Assembly (NCBI GenBank): GCA_964057225.1
Contig: OZ059896.1
Coordinates: 11,284,001 to 11,348,000, forward strand
Direction of reading: 5' to 3'
Length of the DNA: 64,000 nt
Source of the DNA: Auanema rhodensis
Lineage: Eukaryota; Animalia; Nematoda
Position 1 is the stretch's first letter; each line of letters opens with the position of its first letter. Shown here one piece after another: positions 28,284 to 39,391 of the stretch. The notes below the pieces were generated by a model. That model saw only the letters and a program-made list of their open reading frames with translations, had not been told where the DNA came from and made no database searches. The translations under genes and the position numbers were made by a program.

Positions 28284-29740
28284 TTTACACTGTATCGTGT
28301 AATGTACTTGGAAGAAATTCAATTACATTCAATCAGTTGGATAACCAAGTGGTAGTTTTATTAGTTATACTGTATATGCTTAATTATTTTTTTAGAAAAA
28401 TGCTGCCATTTCTGCAATTGGCAACATGCTGCCAGAGTTCTTATCCTCTGTATCCTCAAATGCAAGATATGAATTCATAAACATTTATTCAGTATGAATA
28501 ATTCATTGTAATTAAAAAAATATTTTGTTTAGAACACAACTATGCCACGTACACAGATTGAAGCCAGATTAAATGAATGGGCTGTCCAAAATGGAGTTCA
28601 GGTATATCTAAAGTTATAAGCTTCCGGTGAGATTACAAGGTTTAAGGACAAATGGAATGCCTTTAAAACCGATGCCGAAAATAAGAAGCAAGATATCTTT
28701 GTCAACGTTCGTGAAATTCTTAAGCAACTTCCAAATGTGTTCGAGCAAGTAGTTGTTGCTGATAATGACAAGGTATATACATGAATTCAATTTGGCCTGC
28801 AAAACTGAATGAAATTCAGAACTTGAGTGGTGATGAAGTTGTTTCAAAAGTAGTCAAGGCTTTTGATTCTGTTAAACCATATGCAGAAAATATCAAGACC
28901 AGCGTTCAAGATTTCATGAAAAACTTCGGGCGTGGTGAAAGACCAGTTAATGGAGTATGAAATTAATTTACTTTTCAAATTTTAACAATAATCCCAGGGA
29001 ACATTCCCATCTTTTGGAAACAGCACAGGATCCGGTGTTAGACCTGTATTCCCTGGTACTAACACGGGATTCCCTGGTACTAACACGGGATTCCCAGGAA
29101 CAAACAACGGTTTCAACGGTGAAAATAATGGATTCAACGGTGGAAACAGTGGTTTCAACGGTGGAAACAACGGTTTCAATGGTGGTAACAGTGGTTTCAA
29201 TGGTGGAAACAATGCTAATAATGGTTTCCCAAATAACAACAATGGATTTCCTACTGGAAACTCAGGAATGAATGTGAGTATTGCCACACAATAATGAACA
29301 CTTTCATTTGGGTGCATTAACATTCTCCATAATCGATAAGCATTTAGGGCAACAACAACAACAATAACAACAATAACAATGGTGGTTTTGGAACTCAGGT
29401 TTTGATAAAAAGCATTCTTTTAATTTTTATATATTTCAGGTTATGCCTGGAAACGGTCCAAATCCTTTTGGTGGATACCCAGTCATCGAGGTACTTGATA
29501 ATTCTTAATATAGATTTAATTGTTTTTATTTAAGACTAGAGAAAATGGAAACAACATGAATATTGGAGGGTTCCCAACTAATCAAGTAAAATATTTTTAT
29601 TTTCTCAAATCAGAAATTTCAAATTTTAGAATTCTTTGAATACATTCAATAACAACAGAGGAGCTGGACAATCTAATCAATTTCAGGTTTACTATTCTCA
29701 AACTTCTCTGATTTAAATAATTTTATGTTTTTAGGGATAA
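28256..29740 (+). CDS. Secreted SXP/RAL-2 (DUF148)-like protein with G/N/F-rich low-complexity tail
   Basis: Signal MRFIVLTCFVYTVSC; LPEFLSSVSSNARYEFINIYSNTTMPRTQIEARLNEWAVQNGVQDKWNAF fits the DUF148 pattern; then GFPGTNT/GFNGGNN repeats and poly-N. Confidence 0.8.
29049..29260 (+). repeat. Coding 21-bp tandem repeat encoding heptads GF(P/N)GxNx
   Basis: Units such as ttccctggtactaacacggga (x2) and ggtttcaa(c/t)ggtgg(a/t)aaca(g/a)(t/c); about 9 degenerate units. Confidence 0.85.
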
Positions 29741-30167
29741 GGGAGAAGTTGCTCCGCGCAAGTAACAAACTGGTAATTATCGAACTAATTTGAACATATT
29801 ATCTGTGCCAACATCGTCCTTCGATTAACACAACTTCACTACATCCATAATAAAATATTTTTAATTTTCAAGCTTTATCACGTTCTCAATATATTTGATT
29901 TTCAACAGTTTATACATATATTTATGGGTCAATAAAAAATGTTTGTTCAATTACGAGAAGCTGATTCACATTTCAAAAGTTGCCAAACAAGTAGGAAAAT
30001 AACAAAACAGTACTATCAGTTGTCCGGGGGCATCACTAGTAACAACGTATTCGATAAATTTTCTCTAAATAGTGAAACAGGTTTTCATATGCCCGCTTTA
30101 CTTTCATTTCTCCTTATTTCTCATTCATATTGAGATTTTGCTCAATTGCTGACAGTGTGTCGCTATT

Positions 30168-31984
30168 ATGATGCCGCGTAAGACAGTCTTGTCTCAACTT
30201 CTATTTTCTATATTAATATTTCTTTCAACAACTCATGCTATCAAGTTCGTAGAACAGGTAAATCTTATATAAACATTATGTTATGGATATCTGAAGTTTT
30301 CCCTTCATTTAAATTCACTAACTTAACTATATAACTTTTCATCTTTAATATTTTAAAGATGAAAGGTTTGATGTACAATATTCATAGCAAATGAGTTGGT
30401 TATAATGTGTATGTACTATTCGTAATACTATTAAGTTTTTCAAGTTTTACAAGTTGATGTTCTAATATATGCTACTATTTACCATATTTAAATAATGAAC
30501 ATTGAATAGTTTAAGCTTCGCTCTGTAGCAGCTTGATTATGCACAGATAGAAAAATTTCAATTTTGTTAATTATCTATTATATAATAACCAAAGTATGCT
30601 CGAGCGTTTTCAATAGCCAAGTTGATTTGAGAAGAGCAAAACAACTTCATAACTTGATCACTACAACATTGTTAGAACTGGTCCACCTTCTTATGACCGT
30701 TTGATATAGAGTACTTACAGAAAGAAGAAACCACAATTAATGTTTCTTATTGAAAAATAAAAATGACTTTTTCTAAACTGTATTCAATAGAAAACTTGAA
30801 TTATATCGTATGCAGTATATTTCTTTTAGAAAACTTTAGTTGTAAATCTAAGCAATTTTGAATTCAGAATATCCTCCAATATTTTTCAGATCCAAAAGTC
30901 GGCAATAGATGTACTTCATACTTCTCAAGTGAGTACAACTTCTCGTCAATGTACTTGCGATGAAATGACAAGTTGTTATGATTCTGCACGAAATGAAGCA
31001 TTTGCTTGCTTTGAACCATGCTGGCACGAAGTTAATAGCGTGAGCTTGAAATTGTCAAATTCAACTATGTTCAATATATTTAGATTACTAATGATCCAAG
31101 GACATTAAAAACATGTTTTGATGCTCGTAAAGGATTTTTACAGGAGCTAGTGACCTGCTTCAAAGACAAGTTGAATGCGTGAGTACTCTCGATCTGTTGG
31201 CACTTTTTATGATAACAATGTTTAGATGTGCTCCTGATGTTTCTCACGCTGAACAAACCCAAGTGAAGAATTATGATTACATAGCAATGATTAATAGAGC
31301 AGAGGTGGTTATTCAGAATCAAATGACCAAATTCATGCAATCAATTACATCACCCTCTGTTAAGGTAATAGTTATCTTCAATCAAACTTTTTTTCTTATA
31401 TCAACTAAACTTAATTTATAACAAAATGAATATAAATATTGAATGAATTACAAAACATTTAAAGTAGCAAATCTATATTGAAGTAATTTATTTTCTTATA
31501 TTCTTTGTTTATTAATGCAAATAACATAAAATGATAAGATAATATTTAATGTTGCCCTTCTCGTTTCTGTATTCTTAGTATATATATGTATGTCAGATTC
31601 CAATTTTACCAATACAACCGAGATAATCTAATTTTTTTAGAATGTGATAGATGCTGCTTCAAATCTAGGTCGCTGTGTGAAGGAATGTTTCATAGAAAAG
31701 AATAAGAATGGATTTTGTTTTGATCGAATACCGTTTGTTAAAAAAACATTTGTGAATTTTCTGAAATTTTTTTTCAGTTGCCAGCCAAACATTTCGGATA
31801 AGAATGCCAAAATGGCTGTCCGTCAATGCGCGCGTCAAATCAGTTGGAAAAATGAAATGGGTGAACTATGTAAATGCTCGAGTGAAGCTGGTGTCGGGTA
31901 AGCCCAATACATAAAATCTTTAATTTGTTTAATACTTTTAGAGGAATTTCGGATTACTGCGGAATGCTCCGAGTGATGGGATAA
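30168..31984 (+). CDS. Nematode-specific secreted Cys-rich protein (paralog B of 16471-18745)
   Basis: Signal exon MMPRKTVLSQLLFSILIFLSTTHA; RQCTCDEMTSCY...CVKECFIEKNKNGFCFDR..CQP...WKNEMGELCKCSSEAGV; Cys pattern and most intron positions match paralog A. Confidence 0.8.
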
Positions 31985-32560
31985 AACTATTATATAAAGC
32001 ATTTAATAAAATTTGATTCAGAACATCGAACCACATTAAAAGAGCGACGTAACAATACCCAACAAAAAAACTTACAAAACCGTAACTTATTTCATAAAGA
32101 GATGAAATGTCATACATACAAGCTGAAGTTTTCGATACGGAATTTAAAATAATTTGGATCAGTCTTCACATAAAAAGGTATAAAACATCAATTGGTTAGA
32201 AGTATGAAAGGGCTAGGTGCTATAAAAACTCAGATATTACAAAGAAGGCTTAGTGTCAAAAATAAAAGAATTTACAATATATTAACAGAAACCTAACATT
32301 CTCTCAATAAAGCTCTTGCTTTAATTTTCATGATATTAATAATGATATACTGTTTAAGATTAAATACAAAAGGAACCATATTTTCTAAAATTATCAATTC
32401 AACAAGAATTATACAATCGCACACCCGCATAGATACAAAACCGTTAATTACTAAAATTACTAGAGAAAAGGTATTCTATCCTACAAAGCAAGATATCGTA
32501 CACAAACGTAAGAACTTGAGCATACTCGTGGAAAATCATCAATTTTGTTCGCAAACGCGT

Positions 32561-35364
32561 TCACATTAGCCGATTAGGTTTAGATTTTCGGCTAGCCCGT
32601 GGTTGATCACCGCGTATAGATGGCCGACTGTTTGGGGTTGAAAATGGTTGCTTCAGCAAATGTCCATTGCTATTAGAATTGGAGGCAATATGAGTTTTAC
32701 TTTCATCAACATAGTTCCTAAAACAATGATAAATCAAAGACCTATTAAACTTCACAAACTTTTTCTTTTTTGTGCTGCTGAGATCAGGAGTAATAGAGAA
32801 CGAAGTATCCAAATCTGGGGGAGAAACATTTGCACTGTCTGGGCGCTTGGTCAAACGATCCGTTAACTAAAAAATATTCATAAAAATTAATCTTCAAAAA
32901 ATTAATACCTTATCTAAACGGAACTTTGTGCGAAAACGTTTGTAGAAGGTGTTAACCTCTATCGTAGACACTTTCAAATCCGCAGCAATATTATCAAGCT
33001 TCACTCCATATTTATAAAAAGCTAAAAATAAATAAATACATTATGCTGTTTTGAGAAGAAAACAAACATTTCACAAATGCCAGTAATTCTTTGTTAGAAT
33101 ATTGTTTAAATGCAAACATAACTGCTGAGTTTCCCCAAGATTTAATAAGTGAACACCTTAAAACACGAATATAAATGAATATTAAGAAATAAAATAAACT
33201 TACTTTTCGTGGGCTGGAGGTTCAAACTTTTTCGTATACTCACAGAGAACATCTTTAGACAACTTTACTGACCTTCCTTTTAAGTGTTGTGTAGGAATCT
33301 GAACCAGGAAACTACTTTCATAAATTGTTTAAAAATTACCTCATCAGGATTTGGCTTAGCAGAAATTTTAACTTGACGCTCTGTCTCTATTATTCGCAAA
33401 ATTTCCTCCTTGGGTTGAGCTTTTCGTTTTTCTTTTTCTACTTCATACCATTTCTGAGCAATTTCATGATCAGGTTCAATTAGAAAAGCTTGTGGTATTC
33501 TATGTTCTCGATATTTCCTGAAATGTAGTCTGATGAGAATACAAAAGGAGTAACACAACAATACCCGTAATAATATTCACAAAGATCACAATAACGCTCA
33601 GATAATCGTTTGGTATTTCCCCATATATATTTCGTACAGTTAACACATTCATAACGCTCAACTATATCCTTTTCGTTAATCATGCTGAAAGATATTCTTT
33701 TTATTGAAATTTTTTAAAAGTTAATGCCAACTTTTCGCGACATTGACATCTCTGGTATAATTCGTGATAGCAACCCCGGCGTTTAGTATTATAATAATAA
33801 TTAAGTATTTCCCCCATATAATATGTTTTCAACTAAAAATTAATTAATAAAAAACGAACTAAAATATAAACTAACGAATTTCTCTTGGAATTGTCTAAAA
33901 ATTTTCTCTCCTTCTCGATGCTTTCCAGTTGAGTTGCCTGGCTTTCTCAGAAGGCGCTCAAATTCTCGCTGTTGTATCACATTCAATCTTGAAAAAGAAA
34001 TACTGTGAGTGCGTAAGGTTCAAACACTACTTTTCAAACGGTTGTGGCAAACTTTCAAACAATTCTTTTTCAATAGTACGGAGCATTTCTGCGATGTCAT
34101 AATTACATTTCATCAATCGATTCAAAACCTAAACTATTGAATGTAAACCGGAATTAAATATGAAAGCATACAACATCAAGTCCTATTTTTCCTCGAAATT
34201 GACGCCTAATAACGTTCCAAGCTTCATCCAACTCTTTTTCCTTACCATTAATCGCTTTTGAATCCACCCAAATCTAGAAACAAATATTTATTTAAAAAAT
34301 AACAATATATACTACCAGCTCGTCTCGATCATCTGCATAATTAGAACGTGCCTTCTTTTTTCCTGGACTAACATTTGGCACAACAGCCTTAAAACATTCA
34401 ATAATATAGCAAGAACTCTAAATTAAAAAACCTGAAAAGCATCTCCAACTCCAATTTCACTAAATTTTCTTTTAGTCCGAATGCGCTCTTCTGTTTCAGA
34501 ACGTGTTTCGCGAGTTTTTGGACCAACCTATTTTATTAAACTTCAAATAGAAATATATATATATTAAAATCTAACCATATGAATTTTTAATCGATCCTTC
34601 TCTTTCTCTATATCCAATTTAGGTAATTGGTAAGGATTTCGGTAACCACCAGTAGGAGGATTAACAGGACGAGCTAAACAAAAATTAAGAGATGTTTAAC
34701 TCAGTTGAACAAACGTTGCTTAAAATTTGATGGATCCACATAATTGTTAACTATATCGTTCGGGTCGTCTCTGTTACGAGTAATTCTAAAAATAGAACAA
34801 GAAATAATACTAATGATGATACTAGATACCTATTTCTTTTCACTTCCCCATCATTATTATTATAGTTTCTCTTGTTATAAACTCTTTTCTCTGGTTTTGT
34901 GGATTCACTGGATCCCGAAGGTAATTGTCCATCATACTAAAAATAAGAGTTATCAAAAACATTAAAAAATAGGCACACCATTGCTTCAAGAATAGGAGGG
35001 GGTGTTAAAGAGCGTGTTGGGGACATCCGAGAATTGTCAGAAGCTCGTTCTTTATCATCGTCCAAAACTATCACAACATCGGAACATGTTAGAGTTGGAA
35101 TCTAAAAATAAAACAAATTCAAATTACAAAAAAACACTACGTACCTCCCCGTTGTCGCCATCACTATCGGCATTATTTTTTGAATCCATATTGAACCGTG
35201 AATTATTAGAGGGAACTGCGATATGCCTTCGTAAAGCATGAACCTGAATGAAAAACGTTCAGATTTCAAAATAAATCCTATCAAAAACTTACATTGTCTT
35301 GCCAACCGTTGTTTGTACCTTTTTTTGAATGTAGCAGATTTGGAGCAGCAGACGCTACTTCCAT
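32561..35364 (-). CDS. ELM2-SANT-GATA-like Zn finger-SANT protein (divergent HDAC co-repressor type); 5' end uncertain
   Basis: ELM2 EIGVGDAFQAVVP...LIW...LNRLMKCNYDIAEML; SANT-like EILNYYYNTK; CVNC-x14-CDLCEYYYGKYREHR; second SANT-like FVKSFYKYGVKLDNIAADL...EVNTFYKRFR. Confidence 0.7.
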
Positions 35365-37078
35365 ATTAGGCCTTAACGCCTTCTAGAATTAGCCAAATAT
35401 GGTCCTCTTATTCTGAATTACGTGAATTTAGTTTAAAATGCCTAAGAGAGGAAACATATCAATAATCAACACGTTTGAAATCATTAGAACGATAGTAGGG
35501 CTTCGCTTGAGCACCAATAACTTAAATATTGTTTAATATGCTATATTAAAGAATAACATTGATTTTAATTAGTACAGTAGCGTAGATCACATTACAGTAC
35601 ACCAATGAAACTGTTGGAACTGTGAATAAAATTGAACTTTAGGCCTTCTATGGCATTTATATGAATCCGTAACACTGAATTAGACCCAAAATAAACGATG
35701 AATTATAAAATATTTTTCCGAAGCACTTAGTGAAAACTGCATAGGGACGAAAATGGTTATGTTGCAGAGCATCAATCTCCACAACGACTAGACACTGTAG
35801 TAATGCAGAAGACTCCAGACGTCAAACAAATGAGAGAAACGTCATATGTGTGAGTTGATTGAGAGATTTAGAGAAAACGCCAGAGTGGCCAGCAAAAGAC
35901 CAAAGGGAGAACACAAGCGTTATTTACCGAATTATTTGAATTAAAGAATTTTAATAAATCAGGATCGCAGAAAATTTTGATATGAAATACTAAATCAAAT
36001 TTTGATTTTAGCGTATCGTCAAAATTCTTAGTATGACCGTGACAACGTAACCATTAAGCGCGAGCGGCTGTGTGCGGCCAACTACCGTATGTAGGGAGCA
36101 GAGATATGAAGACACAGAGAAAAACAGAAAAAATCGATAACTCCGCCCACTTTGAAAATCGTAAACGGTTCAACAGAATGATTGTTCATGAGTGTTAGAG
36201 CAGCAATATTATTTCTAAAGTGAAAAGTAAAGGGATAAACTTCAAAAATTAGAAATATTACAAGTTATGTCTATAAAAACAGAAAAAATTGTTATGCATA
36301 GTTTTTATCTCATTATTTAGCGCCATAGTTGGATCGTACTCGGAAAGATATGAACTCATACAAAATATGTCCTGATAATTTATTCAATCGACACAGTAAA
36401 TTTTTATACCAAGAAGCCATTTTAAAATCAAATTTCTCTATTCATTATCTGGAATTAAAGCTCCTTTGTTTGTTGCTCAGGAGATTGTTGAATATTAGTC
36501 ATTACAGTAGTATTGACACCTAATTTTTCTACTCCCCGTTCATCTTAATTCTCGCTAACTTCTTATAATTGGATTATATATTTTCCAGTTTACAAATTTT
36601 CTGTTATTCGGAAATTGTCGTGCGATTAACGCTTTGATAATTATCATAAATAATTCATATAATTGAAATATTCTGATTGAATTATATTTCTAGGAGGAAT
36701 TTCAACTTTTTCCTATTACTATCTTATGATCTCATCACATTTAAAGTTTGTTTTCAAAAAACTGACCAAACTGTCTGCAATCCTAATGAGCCTTAAAACT
36801 CATTTGCTATCTGTTGAACAGCAAGAATTATCTATGATTTTTTTGACATAATGTGATAAACAGAGATACACCGGAACAATTTGTATTTTCATCTTTGATT
36901 ATGCAAACAATGGTGTTTTTGATATATTAGAAAAAATTTTTCACTGTTTCATCGTCTTGTTATACTACATATGTGCAGCAAGCTGTAAATTATGAACACA
37001 TTTGTTATGACCTTTTGCATAAGCAACATCCTTTTTTCTCAATTTTCCTCTTAATAAACAAATTCCTCTATACTGATT

Positions 37079-37132
37079 TTATATAAAAAAATTGAAATCG
37101 AGTTCGAAACAGGTTAAAACAATGAATCTCAT
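37079..37132 (-). pseudogene. Truncated stub of the SXP/RAL-2-like gene (first 9 codons, then flanking sequence: MRFIVLTCFELDFNFFI*)
   Basis: The duplication ends inside the signal-peptide exon at 37105; the frame stops 8 codons later. Confidence 0.8.
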
Positions 37133-39134
37133 TTTGAAAATTGGGTTCCACGAAGAATTTAAGAGCAAATTTTTGTGACTTCCCAAACTGATATGTAATA
37201 TGGTATTGGTTGCTTTTAAAGGGACCCAGAGTTATTTATTCAGGCGTGCCAACTGATCCAAATTTGCTAGGTGATTCATCAATATAATTTTAATGATGTG
37301 AGAAGTTCGGGAAAAAAATCAAATAGAATGAGTCAACTTTTCATTTAAAAATTTATAAATCAGATTACAACATAATAATCTTTCTTGTAACAAGATATAA
37401 CAAAAAACAATTAACAACAGATATCATGATGTAAATTATTTAAGAAATTCATCATAACATCCCAATTCAGGATAAGGATTGTTAGGCACAACAGTATTAT
37501 TGGGTTTACGATTCTGAAATGTTAAAGCTCTTAATGATTTTTCTTCTTTTCTTACCTGTTTAAGATAGGAAAACCTAGGTTTTGTTGTGGTATTCGGCGC
37601 AGAAGCATTACGATTATGAGCAGGAGGAATGCCTGATAAACTAAAAAGAAAAAGTGAAAATTTGAAAAAAAGGAAGTTGTATCTACTTAGGCTTCTCATC
37701 TTCAATATCTTGTGGATATTCATATTGTTTATATGTTTTACGAGTTGATTGATTCCAATTCCAATTATTAGTTACTTTTTCTTGTTGTTCTCCTGTTAAA
37801 TTAAATTGAACGTTACCCCGTTTTCTTCCTCGCGGTTTATCTACAATAATTATTAATTGAAATCTTTAAAATATATGTTAAACGAACTTGAATTGAGCTT
37901 GGATTTAGTTTTTTGTCGATAAGCTTTTTCTTCTTCATCATCACTAAACAATACTTCTTCTTCATCATTCGATATTTGATTGGCTTGCCATGGACTATAA
38001 TGCTTTATATCTTTCAAGACATGTTTGATTCAACTTACGCCTCAAGATTTGCACCAAGTATTGTTTTAGTTAAACTTTCTTCCATCGGAGCGTAGTATAC
38101 ATGCTGTCCCACATTGAGTGGATTCTAAAATTTTTAAATTTGGAATTGCTTAACCAATCGTATAACTCACTTCAGGTAGTTTCATACAATACAAAGGTTC
38201 TTTAACAGTACCAATAACATCAGCTACTTGACCGATAGCAACTTTATTCTAAAATTTATAAATTCTAGCTCCTTCATATTTACTATTTAACATCAATACC
38301 TCGTCAAAAATGGCAGTTTCTAGATCTAATGTGGTTTCAATTTCTGGGCTAATAACAGCTTAAGAGAAAAGTTTTTAAAAGATATTAAAAGCTTTAAATT
38401 ACCTATACAACCAACTATATTTTTAATAATTCCAAACTTAGTAATAGAAAATTCTTTCTTGTCATCAATATTTAATGAAGAAAAACCTGGTAGAGCATCA
38501 TATTCATCATCAATTCTAAATTGAAAATTAACAAAAAAAGAAGAAGTGATATTACTGGTCATCTTTTATCCGTTGAGGTTTAAATCGTTTTGTCTCCAAA
38601 TGACTAGAATGTTCTTGTATGAAAATCTTTTTCTTCCATTTAGTTGTTTGTTGCAAATATCTAAAACACAAAAGTGCTTTGAGTTCCGAGTGAAAAGGAG
38701 AAATACCTTTCGAATTCTACTTCTGAATCAGAATCCGATTGAATAGGTTCTAGACTTATTGATTCATCATCACTAAAAGCAGACAAATCTCCTAAATATT
38801 TTCAATTGGTTAGGATTTTATTCGAACATATCTACCAGCATCTGATGAAGCTATTGAACATATGGATTTAGTTTGACGAATGGTATAAATATCAAATGCA
38901 TTCTATAATTTGATAAATAAATATAAAACAAACAATGAATAAATTACGTTTTCGTTATCATACGATATTTCATCCAATAATTCTGATAGGAGATCTTGTA
39001 TAATCTCAAGAAAACAAATTAATTAGTTATATATGTACATGATATTCTATATTTAACTTACATTAGATTCATCCATCAATGTCAAAACAGCAACAGGTTT
39101 CGTACTTTTAAGTTTAGTAATTTCAGACTCCATA
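37105..39134 (-). repeat. Right arm of the 2,030-bp inverted segmental duplication
   Basis: Mirror of 26254-28283; four ORF-track translations recur identically on the opposite strand. Confidence 0.97.
37436..39133 (-). CDS. NAF1: NAF1 copy 2, apparently intact with the same protein as copy 1
   Basis: ATG GAG TCT versus ATG GAA TCT in copy 1 (synonymous); the other observed difference is intronic; splice sites appear preserved. Confidence 0.85.
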
Positions 39135-39391
39135 AGTTAAAATAATTTCTCGAATTTAGAATGAAGATATCAATAGAACACTTGAATTAAAAATTTTCTG
39201 AATTAAATGTAAATGTTTTTAAAGTTTGTACGCAATAGCGTGTACGTACGCAATCCCAAAATTTACCAACTGAACAAAAAATGATGAAAGCTCCTCTAAA
39301 CAAAATTTTGTTGTCTATTTCTTTTTCTTTTCGAGTTTTAAATAAATATAAGTCTATTTTTTCTCAGATAAAATACTATTAATGCAAAAAG

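Noticed and set aside
28957-29323. Overlapping ORFs 28957-29271 (+) and 28982-29323 (-, PLFPPLK repeats)
   Set aside because: Shadows of the stop-poor 21-bp coding repeat; the frame that splices correctly is the third, G/N-rich one.
26254-39134. Idea that the inverted arms are transposon TIRs or a toxin-antidote element
   Set aside because: The arms are a host gene, I saw no transposase or target-site duplication, and the copies show no protein divergence suggesting a toxin.
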